Source: Planctomycetota bacterium (lineage in GTDB: Bacteria; Planctomycetota; Phycisphaerae; Sedimentisphaerales; Anaerohalosphaeraceae). Taken from it: 35,927 bases of DNA. Position 1 is the first letter of the stretch. Every line of letters begins with the position of its first letter. The stretch is from NCBI GenBank assembly GCA_021160785.1, contig JAGHBX010000562.1, positions 1-35,927 on the forward strand. Direction: 5' to 3'. Both the position numbers and the translations under genes were made by a program. Positions 6,830-15,259 of this stretch are shown here, in pieces. The notes beneath the pieces were generated by a model. That model was given only the letters and a program-made list of their open reading frames with translations. It had not been told where the DNA came from and did not search any database.

Positions 6830-9592
6830 ATGAGTTTCAAAAGAGTTATGCCGGTAGTGGCATTATACATGCTGTTAGGGATCACTTCTGCGGTTTTTGC
6901 AGGTCAGGGCAATATAGATGTATATCACGGTAATCCTGAAGGTGATGTCGGTCTTTTGGCTGTAAAGGAACTTGACAGTTACCTTAACAAGATGTTCGTT
7001 GACAAAGTAAATCTGAAAGCCAGGGCAGGGTCAGCGGAGATTGTTATTGGAACGGTTAAAGACAATAAACTTATCGCAGAGGCAGTTAAAAGTGGTAAGC
7101 TGACCTTGGCAGAAGGTAAAAATGACGATCAGGGCTATGCGATCAAGACGATCGGTAAGGAAATATACGTAGCCGGTAAGACAGAGGTCGGTGTTTTGTA
7201 TGGTGTGTATGAATTGCTGGAACAGTACGGGGCATTTTTTCAGATAAGCGGCGAGATACTGCCTGAGAAAACTAAGTTTGCCGTCAAGCAGCTTGATATA
7301 AGCAATACGCCGGTATTTAAGTACCGGGGACTGATGCCGTGGGATAATTTCCTTTGTGGTATGAGCGGATACAACCTTGAGGATTCGCAGGAGCTTATCA
7401 CGCGTGCGACAAGGATGAAGTACAACTTCATGAACCTGCACTTCTACCCGGGATATGTGATGTATACCGAAAAATGGGACGGCAAAGAGCTTGCTCCGCA
7501 GTGGGCTGCACAGCCAAATGAATTCGCACCGGCAGGTAAGCCCGGTGAAAAGGCCTTCGGTGACATGAAGCTGTTTTGCGTCGACCCGTGGCAGGACAAC
7601 AAGGACAATCCTCTCAAGCAGGCTCAGGCATGCCAGCAGATGTTCCGCGATGTGATCGATTATGGTCACGGACATGGCTGGGCTTTCGTTGCCGGTTTTG
7701 CACTTACCCAGCCAAGGGGCGGCGATTTCACTTATACCGACAAGCCCGGTATTTCATGGCAAGGTGGTATGAATATGCCTGATCCATTGGTAGAGCATAA
7801 TATCGACCTTCAGGTGGAACGATATCGCAGGCTTACAGAGATATATCCCAACGCCGATTATTACTGGATGTGGCAGAGTGAAGGCGAAGGGGGTATGGGC
7901 CGCAACGTAAGTAAGACAGCCGGCCATAAGGAAATGCGTGATAAGTATTCGTACTGGGGCGATGTTAATAGGGCTGGCGACAGAGACTATGCATACATGT
8001 TTTTGAAGGTTGCCGAGAAACTCACTAAAGAAGAACGAAGCAAACTATCGACGGGCGGCTGGGATATTCAGCATGTTTTTCCGGGTATACATAAGGATTT
8101 TCCAAAGGAGATTATCTTTGCATCGCTGAATAACGCTTACCCGAATGCTGCCGTCAAGGAAGCTGATAATTATCGTGTCGCAGCCGATGGCAGGCGGGCA
8201 TGGATGATATCGTGGTGGGAATTTGACGGTAACCAGTGGTTCCCGCAATGGCGCACATCATGGCATGAAAAAATGTACAACAAAGCAGTTCAATACGGTG
8301 TTGAAGGTGTTTCACAGTTGGGTTGGAAGTTGTCTGGAATTGAGCATCATCCGCGATACCTGGCCGATTTTGCATGGCAGCCTGGACTTAGCGCAAAGGA
8401 ATTCTACAAAGATTATGTCAGCCGAGTTTACGGATATCCTGTTGCCGATGAGATGGCGGCGATGTTTGAAAGATATGATGATTGGGAGGCAAGAACTCCA
8501 CCTGCTGTACCGGGTGATTTCAGACCGATGCTGCTCGGTGCCGGCTGGGCACCACTGGCGATAGTTGATGTTCCTTTTACAAAACGGGCCCTTGAAACAA
8601 ATGAGTGGGAAGATGTTTTAAGGCGTGTCAAAGAATGTATAAGGCAGCAGAACCAATTCATGAGGGAAGACTTAAATAGCATCAAAGTGCTCAACGAACT
8701 TTTGCCAAAGATGACCAAAGATGGCAAAAAGTGGGCAAAACTGCTCCTTAACCGCTTTGAGTTTCGAGTGCTTTATATGCAGGCGACACTCCAGGTTAAC
8801 CAAGCATACATAACTTATGACGAAGTTGCCAGAACTCAAGACATAAAAGCCGGGGCACAGGCAGCTAAAAAGCATTCTCAAGAGGCGGTAAGGCTGGCTG
8901 CCCAAGCTATTGAAAAATACGCCGAAGATGTTCGCAACCGTGGCGACCTTGGCGTTATCGGCCAACTTAATACTCAGTATTATGATTTGATCGTTCGGTT
9001 TAATGACAAATTTAACCTTACTTCGCCATACGTCAGTATTGATTTTGAAAGGTTCCAGGCTAACGTGGCGATACGGCCTGACTTTACTGATGGTAATTGC
9101 TGGCCGGTGCGTGATGGGGTCAGTAAGCTAGAGCTGTTTACTGATGATAGCGAGCCTGCTATAAAATTATCTCTTAACACAGGTGAATTTCAGAATAACT
9201 CCCGTTGGATACATCGGGAAGAGATAAATCTGCAAGAGGCGCCTTACCTGGATTTTTATATCCGCACAGCCGGCAAGGGTCCGCTAAGTTTCATGTTTCA
9301 GGTTGATGGCAGAGACGAGTGGTTTGAACTCGCTTTGCAGGGAACGCAGAATTATACACTTGTTGACAAACTGGGACTCGTTGACGAAATAAATGATGGC
9401 AAATGGCACAGGATTACGTGGAATCTGCAAAAGGTCGTAAAGGAAAAGATCGGTCAGGATATCTCGAAGATAAAGCATCTGATAATCGGCAACTGGCAGA
9501 AGGTCGATGAGCCGGTAGTTGTAGAATTTAAAAGCTTTAACATGGGCAGACTTAACCTTCTTGATGGCCTGGAAGTGGATCCCACACGGTAA
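6830..9592 (+). CDS. secreted putative glycoside hydrolase: GH20b/GH67N-like N-terminal domain, TIM-barrel-like core, C-terminal beta-sandwich
   Basis: 920 aa with a signal peptide MSFKRVMPVVALYMLLGITSAVFA. GYAIKTIGKEIYVAGKTEVGVLYGVYELLEQYGAFF resembles the zincin-like N-domain seen in GH20/GH67/GH115-type enzymes. FKYRGLMPWDNF..MKYNFMNLHFYPG follows. Paralog of 27932..30160. Confidence 0.7.
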   Translation: MSFKRVMPVVALYMLLGITSAVFAGQGNIDVYHGNPEGDVGLLAVKELDSYLNKMFVDKVNLKARAGSAEIVIGTVKDNKLIAEAVKSGKLTLAEGKNDDQGYAIKTIGKEIYVAGKTEVGVLYGVYELLEQYGAFFQISGEILPEKTKFAVKQLDISNTPVFKYRGLMPWDNFLCGMSGYNLEDSQELITRATRMKYNFMNLHFYPGYVMYTEKWDGKELAPQWAAQPNEFAPAGKPGEKAFGDMKLFCVDPWQDNKDNPLKQAQACQQMFRDVIDYGHGHGWAFVAGFALTQPRGGDFTYTDKPGISWQGGMNMPDPLVEHNIDLQVERYRRLTEIYPNADYYWMWQSEGEGGMGRNVSKTAGHKEMRDKYSYWGDVNRAGDRDYAYMFLKVAEKLTKEERSKLSTGGWDIQHVFPGIHKDFPKEIIFASLNNAYPNAAVKEADNYRVAADGRRAWMISWWEFDGNQWFPQWRTSWHEKMYNKAVQYGVEGVSQLGWKLSGIEHHPRYLADFAWQPGLSAKEFYKDYVSRVYGYPVADEMAAMFERYDDWEARTPPAVPGDFRPMLLGAGWAPLAIVDVPFTKRALETNEWEDVLRRVKECIRQQNQFMREDLNSIKVLNELLPKMTKDGKKWAKLLLNRFEFRVLYMQATLQVNQAYITYDEVARTQDIKAGAQAAKKHSQEAVRLAAQAIEKYAEDVRNRGDLGVIGQLNTQYYDLIVRFNDKFNLTSPYVSIDFERFQANVAIRPDFTDGNCWPVRDGVSKLELFTDDSEPAIKLSLNTGEFQNNSRWIHREEINLQEAPYLDFYIRTAGKGPLSFMFQVDGRDEWFELALQGTQNYTLVDKLGLVDEINDGKWHRITWNLQKVVKEKIGQDISKIKHLIIGNWQKVDEPVVVEFKSFNMGRLNLLDGLEVDPTR

Positions 9593-9754
9593 ACTTTGGA
9601 GATTATAAAAAGCGTTAAAACGGGAAATGCCATGCAGAATACAGTGCTAACTATACGGTTTCTATGGGCTTTTCTTGGAGGATTGCTGGGCATTCTGTAT
9701 ACAAATGACGTTTTTGTCTGTGCCAGCAGGTAAATGTGCTCGCCATTACTCTGG

Positions 9755-9893
9755 ATGGATTCTCGGCCGCCAGCCACTGCGCAGGGTCGTCAGTTTTTTT
9801 TAAAAGAATTGACTATGTTTCAAGAATATGCTATTGTTAACGTACACGGTGTGGGTTTTGAGTTTACTATCCAGACTCAGATAGGCTTGGATT
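9755..9893 (+). promoter_or_regulatory. cassette copy A: terminator-like hairpin + T-run, A/T tract, sigma70-like promoter, leader hairpin
   Basis: Hairpin ACTGCG/CG(T)CAGT at 9776-9794 followed by a T-run to 9801. -35 TTGACT at 9809-9814, 17-nt spacer, -10 TATTGT at 9832-9837. Leader hairpin at 9857-9881. Near-identical copies at 21924-22071 and 35753-35899. Confidence 0.5.
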
Positions 9894-9902
9894 ATGAGAA
9901 TG

Positions 9903-9920
9903 TTATATGGGAAATCCCAG
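9903..9920. promoter_or_regulatory. TTATATGGGAAATCCCAG motif, copy 1 (contains inverted repeat TGGGA-AA-TCCCA)
   Basis: Exact 18-nt repeat of 27861-27878. It extends to a 22-bp near-palindrome TTATATGGGAAATCCCAGATAA. It lies 24 nt upstream of the ATG at 9944. Confidence 0.35.
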
Positions 9921-9943
9921 ATAATGATAGAAAGGTTTGAGTT

Positions 9944-11221
9944 ATGAGTGATCGAGGCGATATTAGTCGACGCGGGTTTTTTAAGAAGGCTTCGGCTGTT
10001 AGTGTTGGGGCTTTTGGTCTTCCTTATGTGATTCCATCGTCGGTTTTTAGCAAAGGACGAATTTTACCCAGTGAGCGTATTACCGTGGGGTTTATCGGCA
10101 CGGGTAAACAGTCTCGAAGCGTACTTCTGAGGGGTTTTCTGGGGCAAAGCAGTTGCCAGACCGTCGCTGTTTGTGATGTTGATTCCCGCAAGCGCGAACA
10201 CGCCCGGCAAATGGTCGATAAGAAGTATAAGGGTTGCTCTGAGATTCATGATTTTCGTGACTTGATAGCCCGTGATGATATTGACGCGGTCGTTGTTGCA
10301 ACACCTGACCACTGGCATGCGATTCCTTCGATTCGCGCAATGAAAGCCGGTAAGGATGTGTATTGCGAAAAGCCTTTGTCACTTACTATCGAAGAGGCTC
10401 GCGCTATGGCTGACACTACCCGGCGTTACGGGCGTGTTCTTCAGACGGGCAGCATGCAGCGGTCGGATATGAAGTTTCGGTTTGCCTGTGAGCTGGTTAG
10501 AAACGGTTACATCGGTGATATAAAGAATGTTGTTGTAAATGTCGGCGGGCCCCCGAGCGAATGTAATCTTCCGGCTGAGCCTGTTCTTAATGAACTGGAC
10601 TGGGATATGTGGCTCGGACCTGCCCCTTGGCGTCCTTATAATTCGGATATCGCTCCTCCTATTGAGAGGGATGTTTTTCCGAATTTCCGCAGCTACCGTG
10701 ATTATGCAGGCGGCGGAATGACTGATTGGGGTGCTCACCATTTCGATATCGCTCAATGGGCGCTTGGGATGGATCATACCGGTCCTGTTGAGATCATTCC
10801 GCCTAACGACAAGGATGTCAGCGTGCTTACTTATAAATATGCGAACGGGGTTGTTATGACCCGCGAAGGTACCGCAAACGGTGTTCTTTTCAACGGTACA
10901 AAGGGTAAGGTTGAAGTTAACCGCGGGTACCTTAAGACGTGGCCGGATAAGCTTGCGAGAGTTCAGCTTTCTCCGTCTGATGAGCATCTATATGCAAGTC
11001 CCGATCATTACCGGGATTTCCTGGACTGTATTCGGACTCGCAAAAAACCTATTTGTGACGTGGAGATCGGCTGTCGGTCGGCTACGGTTTGTCATATTGG
11101 TAATATTGCGTACCTGCTTGAAAGACCTCTTAAGTGGGATCCTGTTAAGGAGCGTTTTGTCGGCGACGAAGATGCTAACCGTCATCTGTCTCGCTCGATG
11201 CGCGGGCCGTGGCGACTTTAG
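9944..11221 (+). CDS. TAT-signal Gfo/Idh/MocA family NAD(P)-dependent oxidoreductase (paralog 1)
   Basis: 425 aa. Twin-arginine motif ISRRGFFKKASAVSVGAFG. Rossmann start VGFIGTGKQS. DAVVVATPDHWH and CEKPL (EKP motif). SD GAAAGG. Confidence 0.9.
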   Translation: MSDRGDISRRGFFKKASAVSVGAFGLPYVIPSSVFSKGRILPSERITVGFIGTGKQSRSVLLRGFLGQSSCQTVAVCDVDSRKREHARQMVDKKYKGCSEIHDFRDLIARDDIDAVVVATPDHWHAIPSIRAMKAGKDVYCEKPLSLTIEEARAMADTTRRYGRVLQTGSMQRSDMKFRFACELVRNGYIGDIKNVVVNVGGPPSECNLPAEPVLNELDWDMWLGPAPWRPYNSDIAPPIERDVFPNFRSYRDYAGGGMTDWGAHHFDIAQWALGMDHTGPVEIIPPNDKDVSVLTYKYANGVVMTREGTANGVLFNGTKGKVEVNRGYLKTWPDKLARVQLSPSDEHLYASPDHYRDFLDCIRTRKKPICDVEIGCRSATVCHIGNIAYLLERPLKWDPVKERFVGDEDANRHLSRSMRGPWRL

Positions 11222-11450
11222 AAATGTATAATGTCTATTGTATAATGTATAAGGAAGGAAACGGCCCTCCACAGGCGGATTTGCAACCTTGCGGCCTATA
11301 CATTTTTATTAGAAAACCGATCGCTACGCAAATTCTTTAATTGCAATGGGTTGCGTAAACAGTAAGACTGCTTTCGGTCAGTTTGAGTTTTTAAATATGG
11401 CGTGGGCACGGCCCACCCTGCAATCTTTATTTTTTTTTATGAGGTTTATT

Positions 11451-14400
11451 ATGTTTTATCGTTTCCGGGTGATTGCTTTATTTTTAGCGTTTTGTTTGTT
11501 TTCAGTTTTGGGTTTTGGTGCTGACATCAAGGTTTTGCTTGTTACGGGTCAGAATAACCATGACTGGAAAGCCAGCAGTCCAATTTTCAAGGAGACTCTC
11601 GAAAAAAGCGGTTTGTTCGATGTAGAGATGCTTGTTACCGCACCTGAGGGCGATCTTGTCGATTTTAAGCCCGATTTTTCCGCTTATGATGTCGTTGTTT
11701 CGGATTACAACGGCGGTAAGTGGGGAGCCGAGGCTGAGAAGTCTTTTGAAGAATATATGATAAACGGCGGAGGGCTTGTTGTTATCCATGCCGCGGACAA
11801 CTCTTTCAGCCAATGGGTCGAGTACAACAAAATGATCGGCCTTCGCTGGGGTGGTAACGAAAAGAACGGTCCTTATATCCGATGGCGCGGAGGTAAGTTT
11901 ATTCGCGATATGACGCCAGGCGGTGCAGGCGGCCATGGTGCACAACATGCTTTCCAGGTAATTCACCGGAACATGGAACATCCTATCACTAAAGGGCTTC
12001 CTGAAAAATGGATGCATGCCAAGGATGAGCTTTACGGTTCACTTCGAGGCCCGGCTGAGAATATGACGGTTCTTGCGACGTCTTTTGCAGATAAGTCATT
12101 AGGTGGCTCAGGTGAACATGAGCCTGTTCTCTTTACGATAAATTACGGTAAAGGGAGAGTTTTTCATACGGTGCTTGGGCATGTTGGCGGTGAATATCCT
12201 CCGCCTCCTGTTCAGTGCGCAGGTTTTATCGTAACGCTTCTTAGAGGTACGGAATGGGCAGCGACGGGTAAAGTTACCCAGCAGATTCCAGAAGATTTCC
12301 CCACGGCGGACAAATACCGTTTATGGGCCAACTACAAGGCTCCGAAATTAAGCGAGTTGCTTGCCGAGATCGCCGGGTTTGAATATGGCGATAATTCGGC
12401 TGTTTTTGATGACATAGCTGCTATTGTTACTAATGCTTACGGCAACGCTAAATTGACAAGTAAGTTTGAAGACGAGTTTGTCAAATTCCTCTCTGCGAAT
12501 TCAACACTTGCCGCCAAGCAGGCGGTTTGCAAGCAGCTTAGTATGATTGCTACGGAAAAATCTGTGCCTGTTCTGGCAAAAATGTCGGTCGATGAAGATA
12601 CGTGTGATATGGCTCGGTTCGTACTTGAACGTATATCGTCAAGTAAGGTAGATGGGGCCTTGCAAAGTGTTCTTGCTGATACAAAAGGAAGTCTCAAGGC
12701 GGGCATCATTAATATCCTCGCTGTTCGCGGCGACAGAAGCAGTGCCGTGGTAATAGGCAAGCTTATTTATGACCATGATGAGACAGTTGCTTCCTGTGCG
12801 GTAAGCGCACTCGGTAAACTTGGCGGAAAAGACGCTATTGAGGTTTTAGGCAGAGCCAAACGCAAACTTAAAGGTGATATGCACAAGCAGGTTCTTGACG
12901 CGTATCTTAGTTGTGCTTCGATTTTTGTCGAAGAAGGAGATGGAAAACAGGCGTTTGCAATTTATAAGGAATTGTACAAGCCTTCCTCGCCGCACATAAT
13001 CAGGATCGCTGCTTTGCGGGGCATGGTGATTTCTTCGGAAGAGAGTTCCGGCAAAATCATTCTTGACTGTCTTAAAGATGAAAACCCAACAGTTAAAGCG
13101 GCGGCTTTTGGGCTGGTCAGTGAGGTGTCCGATGTGTCTCAGATCAAGACGATTGCCGGTCAGCTTTCAAGACTTGATGATTCGGGTAAATTGCAACTAC
13201 TTACGGCACTTTCCGAATACGGCAGTAAAGTGGCCCTGTCGGATGTCCTTAAAGAGACAAAGAGCGGCAGCAGTCAAGTCAAGGTTGCAGCTTATAAAGC
13301 AATCGGTGTCATCGGCGATGAATCGACAATACTGCTTCTTACCAATGCAGCGGCGAGCGGTAGTAATGCAGCAGAGATCAAGGCGGCAAGGGAGAGCCTT
13401 TACCGTCTTCGCGGTAGGCAGATCGACCGGGCGATATTGACTTATATCCCTAAAACAGAAGGCAAGGTCAAAGCAGAACTTATTAACAGCGTGGCCCGTC
13501 GTCTCATTGCAGATTCTATGGACACGCTTTTGCAATGTGCACAAGATAGCGATTCAGTAGTAGTAAATGCTTCGATTAAGTCGATGGCGATTGTCGCCAG
13601 ACCGGATAATATCGCCCCAATGGTCAGGCTCCTTTCAAAGTTAAAAAGTGCCAGACAGCGACAGGACATCGAAAAGGCCATGGTCGCTGGCTTACGCAAG
13701 AATGCCGATAATGAAAATATGGACAGCGAGCTTCTTGTCCTGTTTGATTCGACGAGTAATACCGTTGCGAGATGCTCGATCATTAACGTACTTGGGCGGC
13801 TTGGCTGCGACGGTTCGCTCGGTGCGCTTCGCAAATCGCTTAAAAGCGACAATGAAGACGAAAAGGAAGCGGCATTCAGAGCTCTTGTTAAGTGGCCAAA
13901 TGCCGAGCCTATGATGGATATGCTGAAGATCGCAAAGACCGACAGTAAGCCGGTTCGTCAAATATTGGCAATAAGGAGTTATGTTCAGCTTGTCGGCAGG
14001 CCTTCGGAACGCAGTGCAAGCGAAAATGTCGAGCTTCTTAAAGAAGCGGTGGCGTTTACAAGTCGCAACGAGGAAAAGGGTATGATACTTGACGCACTTG
14101 CCGAATATTCTTGTCCGGAGGCTATAGAGCTTGCCGAGGGTTTCCTCGGAGGCGATCTTTCCTCGCAGGCAGAGACTTTGATCGCTAAGCTCAAGATGGT
14201 AACGGTTTCGGCGCGTCCCGGAGATATAGCCGGTATAACGCCTAAGGGTAATGCAGACGGCAACTTCGAGGTGAAAAAAGACGACGAAGGCGACGGAACA
14301 TTGTGTTGGGTGTTCAAGGATTATTTCTATCACGACATCGACAATGAATTCAGCAAGGATACGGGCGGATCGGTGGTAGTCGAAGTCCTTTTCAGAGATT

Positions 14401-14642
14401 ACGGTACGGGTAACTTGCAACTGCAGTACGATTCAACAGATCCTTCGGCGCCGGTTGATGGAGCGTACAAGACGGCAGCGAAAATGGTAAAACTCTACGA
14501 TAGCAGTAAGTGGCGGACAGCGACGTGGAAGATAGATGATGCCAGATTCAGTAACCGTCAAAATGCCGGATGCGATATGAGGTTCGGCGCAGGCGGCAGG
14601 GAAATCTGGTTAGCCAGGATAAAAGTCTCCAAAAAGCCCTAA
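11451..14642 (+). CDS. secreted ThuA-like domain / HEAT-repeat solenoid / C-terminal beta-sandwich fusion protein
   Basis: The ORF is open from 11346. ATG 11451 has GAGG 6 nt upstream and gives the signal peptide MFYRFRVIALFLAFCLFSVLGFGA. ThuA-like motifs: KVLLVTGQNNHDW, GGGLVVIHAADNSF, HPITKGLP, FTINYGKGRVFHTVLGH. About 700 aa of HEAT-like repeats follow (SCAVSALGKLGGKDAIEVL etc). The core is homologous to 33042..35627. Confidence 0.8.
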   Translation: MFYRFRVIALFLAFCLFSVLGFGADIKVLLVTGQNNHDWKASSPIFKETLEKSGLFDVEMLVTAPEGDLVDFKPDFSAYDVVVSDYNGGKWGAEAEKSFEEYMINGGGLVVIHAADNSFSQWVEYNKMIGLRWGGNEKNGPYIRWRGGKFIRDMTPGGAGGHGAQHAFQVIHRNMEHPITKGLPEKWMHAKDELYGSLRGPAENMTVLATSFADKSLGGSGEHEPVLFTINYGKGRVFHTVLGHVGGEYPPPPVQCAGFIVTLLRGTEWAATGKVTQQIPEDFPTADKYRLWANYKAPKLSELLAEIAGFEYGDNSAVFDDIAAIVTNAYGNAKLTSKFEDEFVKFLSANSTLAAKQAVCKQLSMIATEKSVPVLAKMSVDEDTCDMARFVLERISSSKVDGALQSVLADTKGSLKAGIINILAVRGDRSSAVVIGKLIYDHDETVASCAVSALGKLGGKDAIEVLGRAKRKLKGDMHKQVLDAYLSCASIFVEEGDGKQAFAIYKELYKPSSPHIIRIAALRGMVISSEESSGKIILDCLKDENPTVKAAAFGLVSEVSDVSQIKTIAGQLSRLDDSGKLQLLTALSEYGSKVALSDVLKETKSGSSQVKVAAYKAIGVIGDESTILLLTNAAASGSNAAEIKAARESLYRLRGRQIDRAILTYIPKTEGKVKAELINSVARRLIADSMDTLLQCAQDSDSVVVNASIKSMAIVARPDNIAPMVRLLSKLKSARQRQDIEKAMVAGLRKNADNENMDSELLVLFDSTSNTVARCSIINVLGRLGCDGSLGALRKSLKSDNEDEKEAAFRALVKWPNAEPMMDMLKIAKTDSKPVRQILAIRSYVQLVGRPSERSASENVELLKEAVAFTSRNEEKGMILDALAEYSCPEAIELAEGFLGGDLSSQAETLIAKLKMVTVSARPGDIAGITPKGNADGNFEVKKDDEGDGTLCWVFKDYFYHDIDNEFSKDTGGSVVVEVLFRDYGTGNLQLQYDSTDPSAPVDGAYKTAAKMVKLYDSSKWRTATWKIDDARFSNRQNAGCDMRFGAGGREIWLARIKVSKKP

Positions 14643-14707
14643 TGAAATATAAAGTTTGAGGTTTAAGTTGCTACCTTCGGTGTACATAACTTTATAAGGA
14701 AACTATT

Positions 14708-15259
14708 ATGAAAATAGGATGTTTTGCACTTGTTGAACCTTTCAGTCCGATGGAAAGGCAGTTTCAGGCGATAAGCGAAATGGGCATTCAGTATGCCGAT
14801 CTCACTGATAATCATAACGGGGCTATGCTTGGTGTAGAGTATGGGTTTACTGCATCAATTAGTCTTGATAGTCACCCGAAGAAGATCCGTGAGATGGTCG
14901 AAGCTGCAGGGATAACTTTGACGAGCGTTTGCGCTCATGCAAACCTGCTTGATCCGGCAAGCCCAGATACTTATGGCACCAACAGCATTACCAAAGCGGT
15001 TCGGCTTGCAAGCCTGCTGGGGATTAAGCATGTCCACTGGAAAGATATGTCCTCCGAATGGCAGGAACAACGTGGCAAACAGTATGGCTGCGGGATGGCT
15101 GTTATTCCGCTTGGAGATGGAGTTATAGATATTGAGGCCATTGTTAAAGCTTTAAAAAAATCTGGTTTTGACGGAGCTACGACCCTGGAAATTGCCGGAC
15201 CTGATAACGTAATTAAATCAATAGAAAGATTAAATGAGTGGTGGAATAATGGCAAATAA
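14708..15259 (+). CDS. xylose-isomerase-fold (AP_endonuc_2) sugar phosphate isomerase/epimerase-like protein, apparently internally truncated
   Basis: 183 aa, whereas my recollection is about 250-300 aa for the family. The N-terminal part runs to LLGIKHV and joins directly to HVHWKD..PLGDGVIDIEAIVKALKKSGFDGATTLEIAG, which resembles the C-terminal end of the barrel. The middle strands appear absent. Confidence 0.55.
   Translation: MKIGCFALVEPFSPMERQFQAISEMGIQYADLTDNHNGAMLGVEYGFTASISLDSHPKKIREMVEAAGITLTSVCAHANLLDPASPDTYGTNSITKAVRLASLLGIKHVHWKDMSSEWQEQRGKQYGCGMAVIPLGDGVIDIEAIVKALKKSGFDGATTLEIAGPDNVIKSIERLNEWWNNGK

Noticed and set aside
9755-9896. Cassette copies as a MITE or other mobile element
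   Set aside because: I could see no terminal inverted repeats, target-site duplications or transposase. All copies share one orientation and are fused to a start codon. Duplication of a promoter/leader together with a gene family fits better.
9734-9940. 68-aa + strand ORF spanning cassette copy A (MCSPLLWMDSRPPATAQGRQFF..)
   Set aside because: The same DNA is conserved at 21.9 kb and 35.8 kb, but indels in the A/T tract shift the frame between copies. In the other copies, stops or other-strand ORFs cover it. Conservation is at nucleotide and structure level, not codon level.
11224-11252. Direct repeat TGTATAATGT x2 (period 14 nt) after the first dehydrogenase gene, considered as tandem promoters
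   Set aside because: Both contain TATAAT but no recognisable -35 box. They lie about 200 nt from the next start. This is too little evidence to call.
11346-11450. N-terminal extension of the ThuA-HEAT ORF (MGCVNSKTAFGQFEFLNMAWARPTLQSLFFFMRFI)
   Set aside because: The extension contains a GC hairpin (GTGGGC-acg-GCCCAC, 11402-11416) and a T-run typical of intergenic sequence. The SD GAGG and the signal peptide both favour ATG 11451. The hairpin plus distal T-run is only a weak terminator candidate, so I did not list it as a feature.
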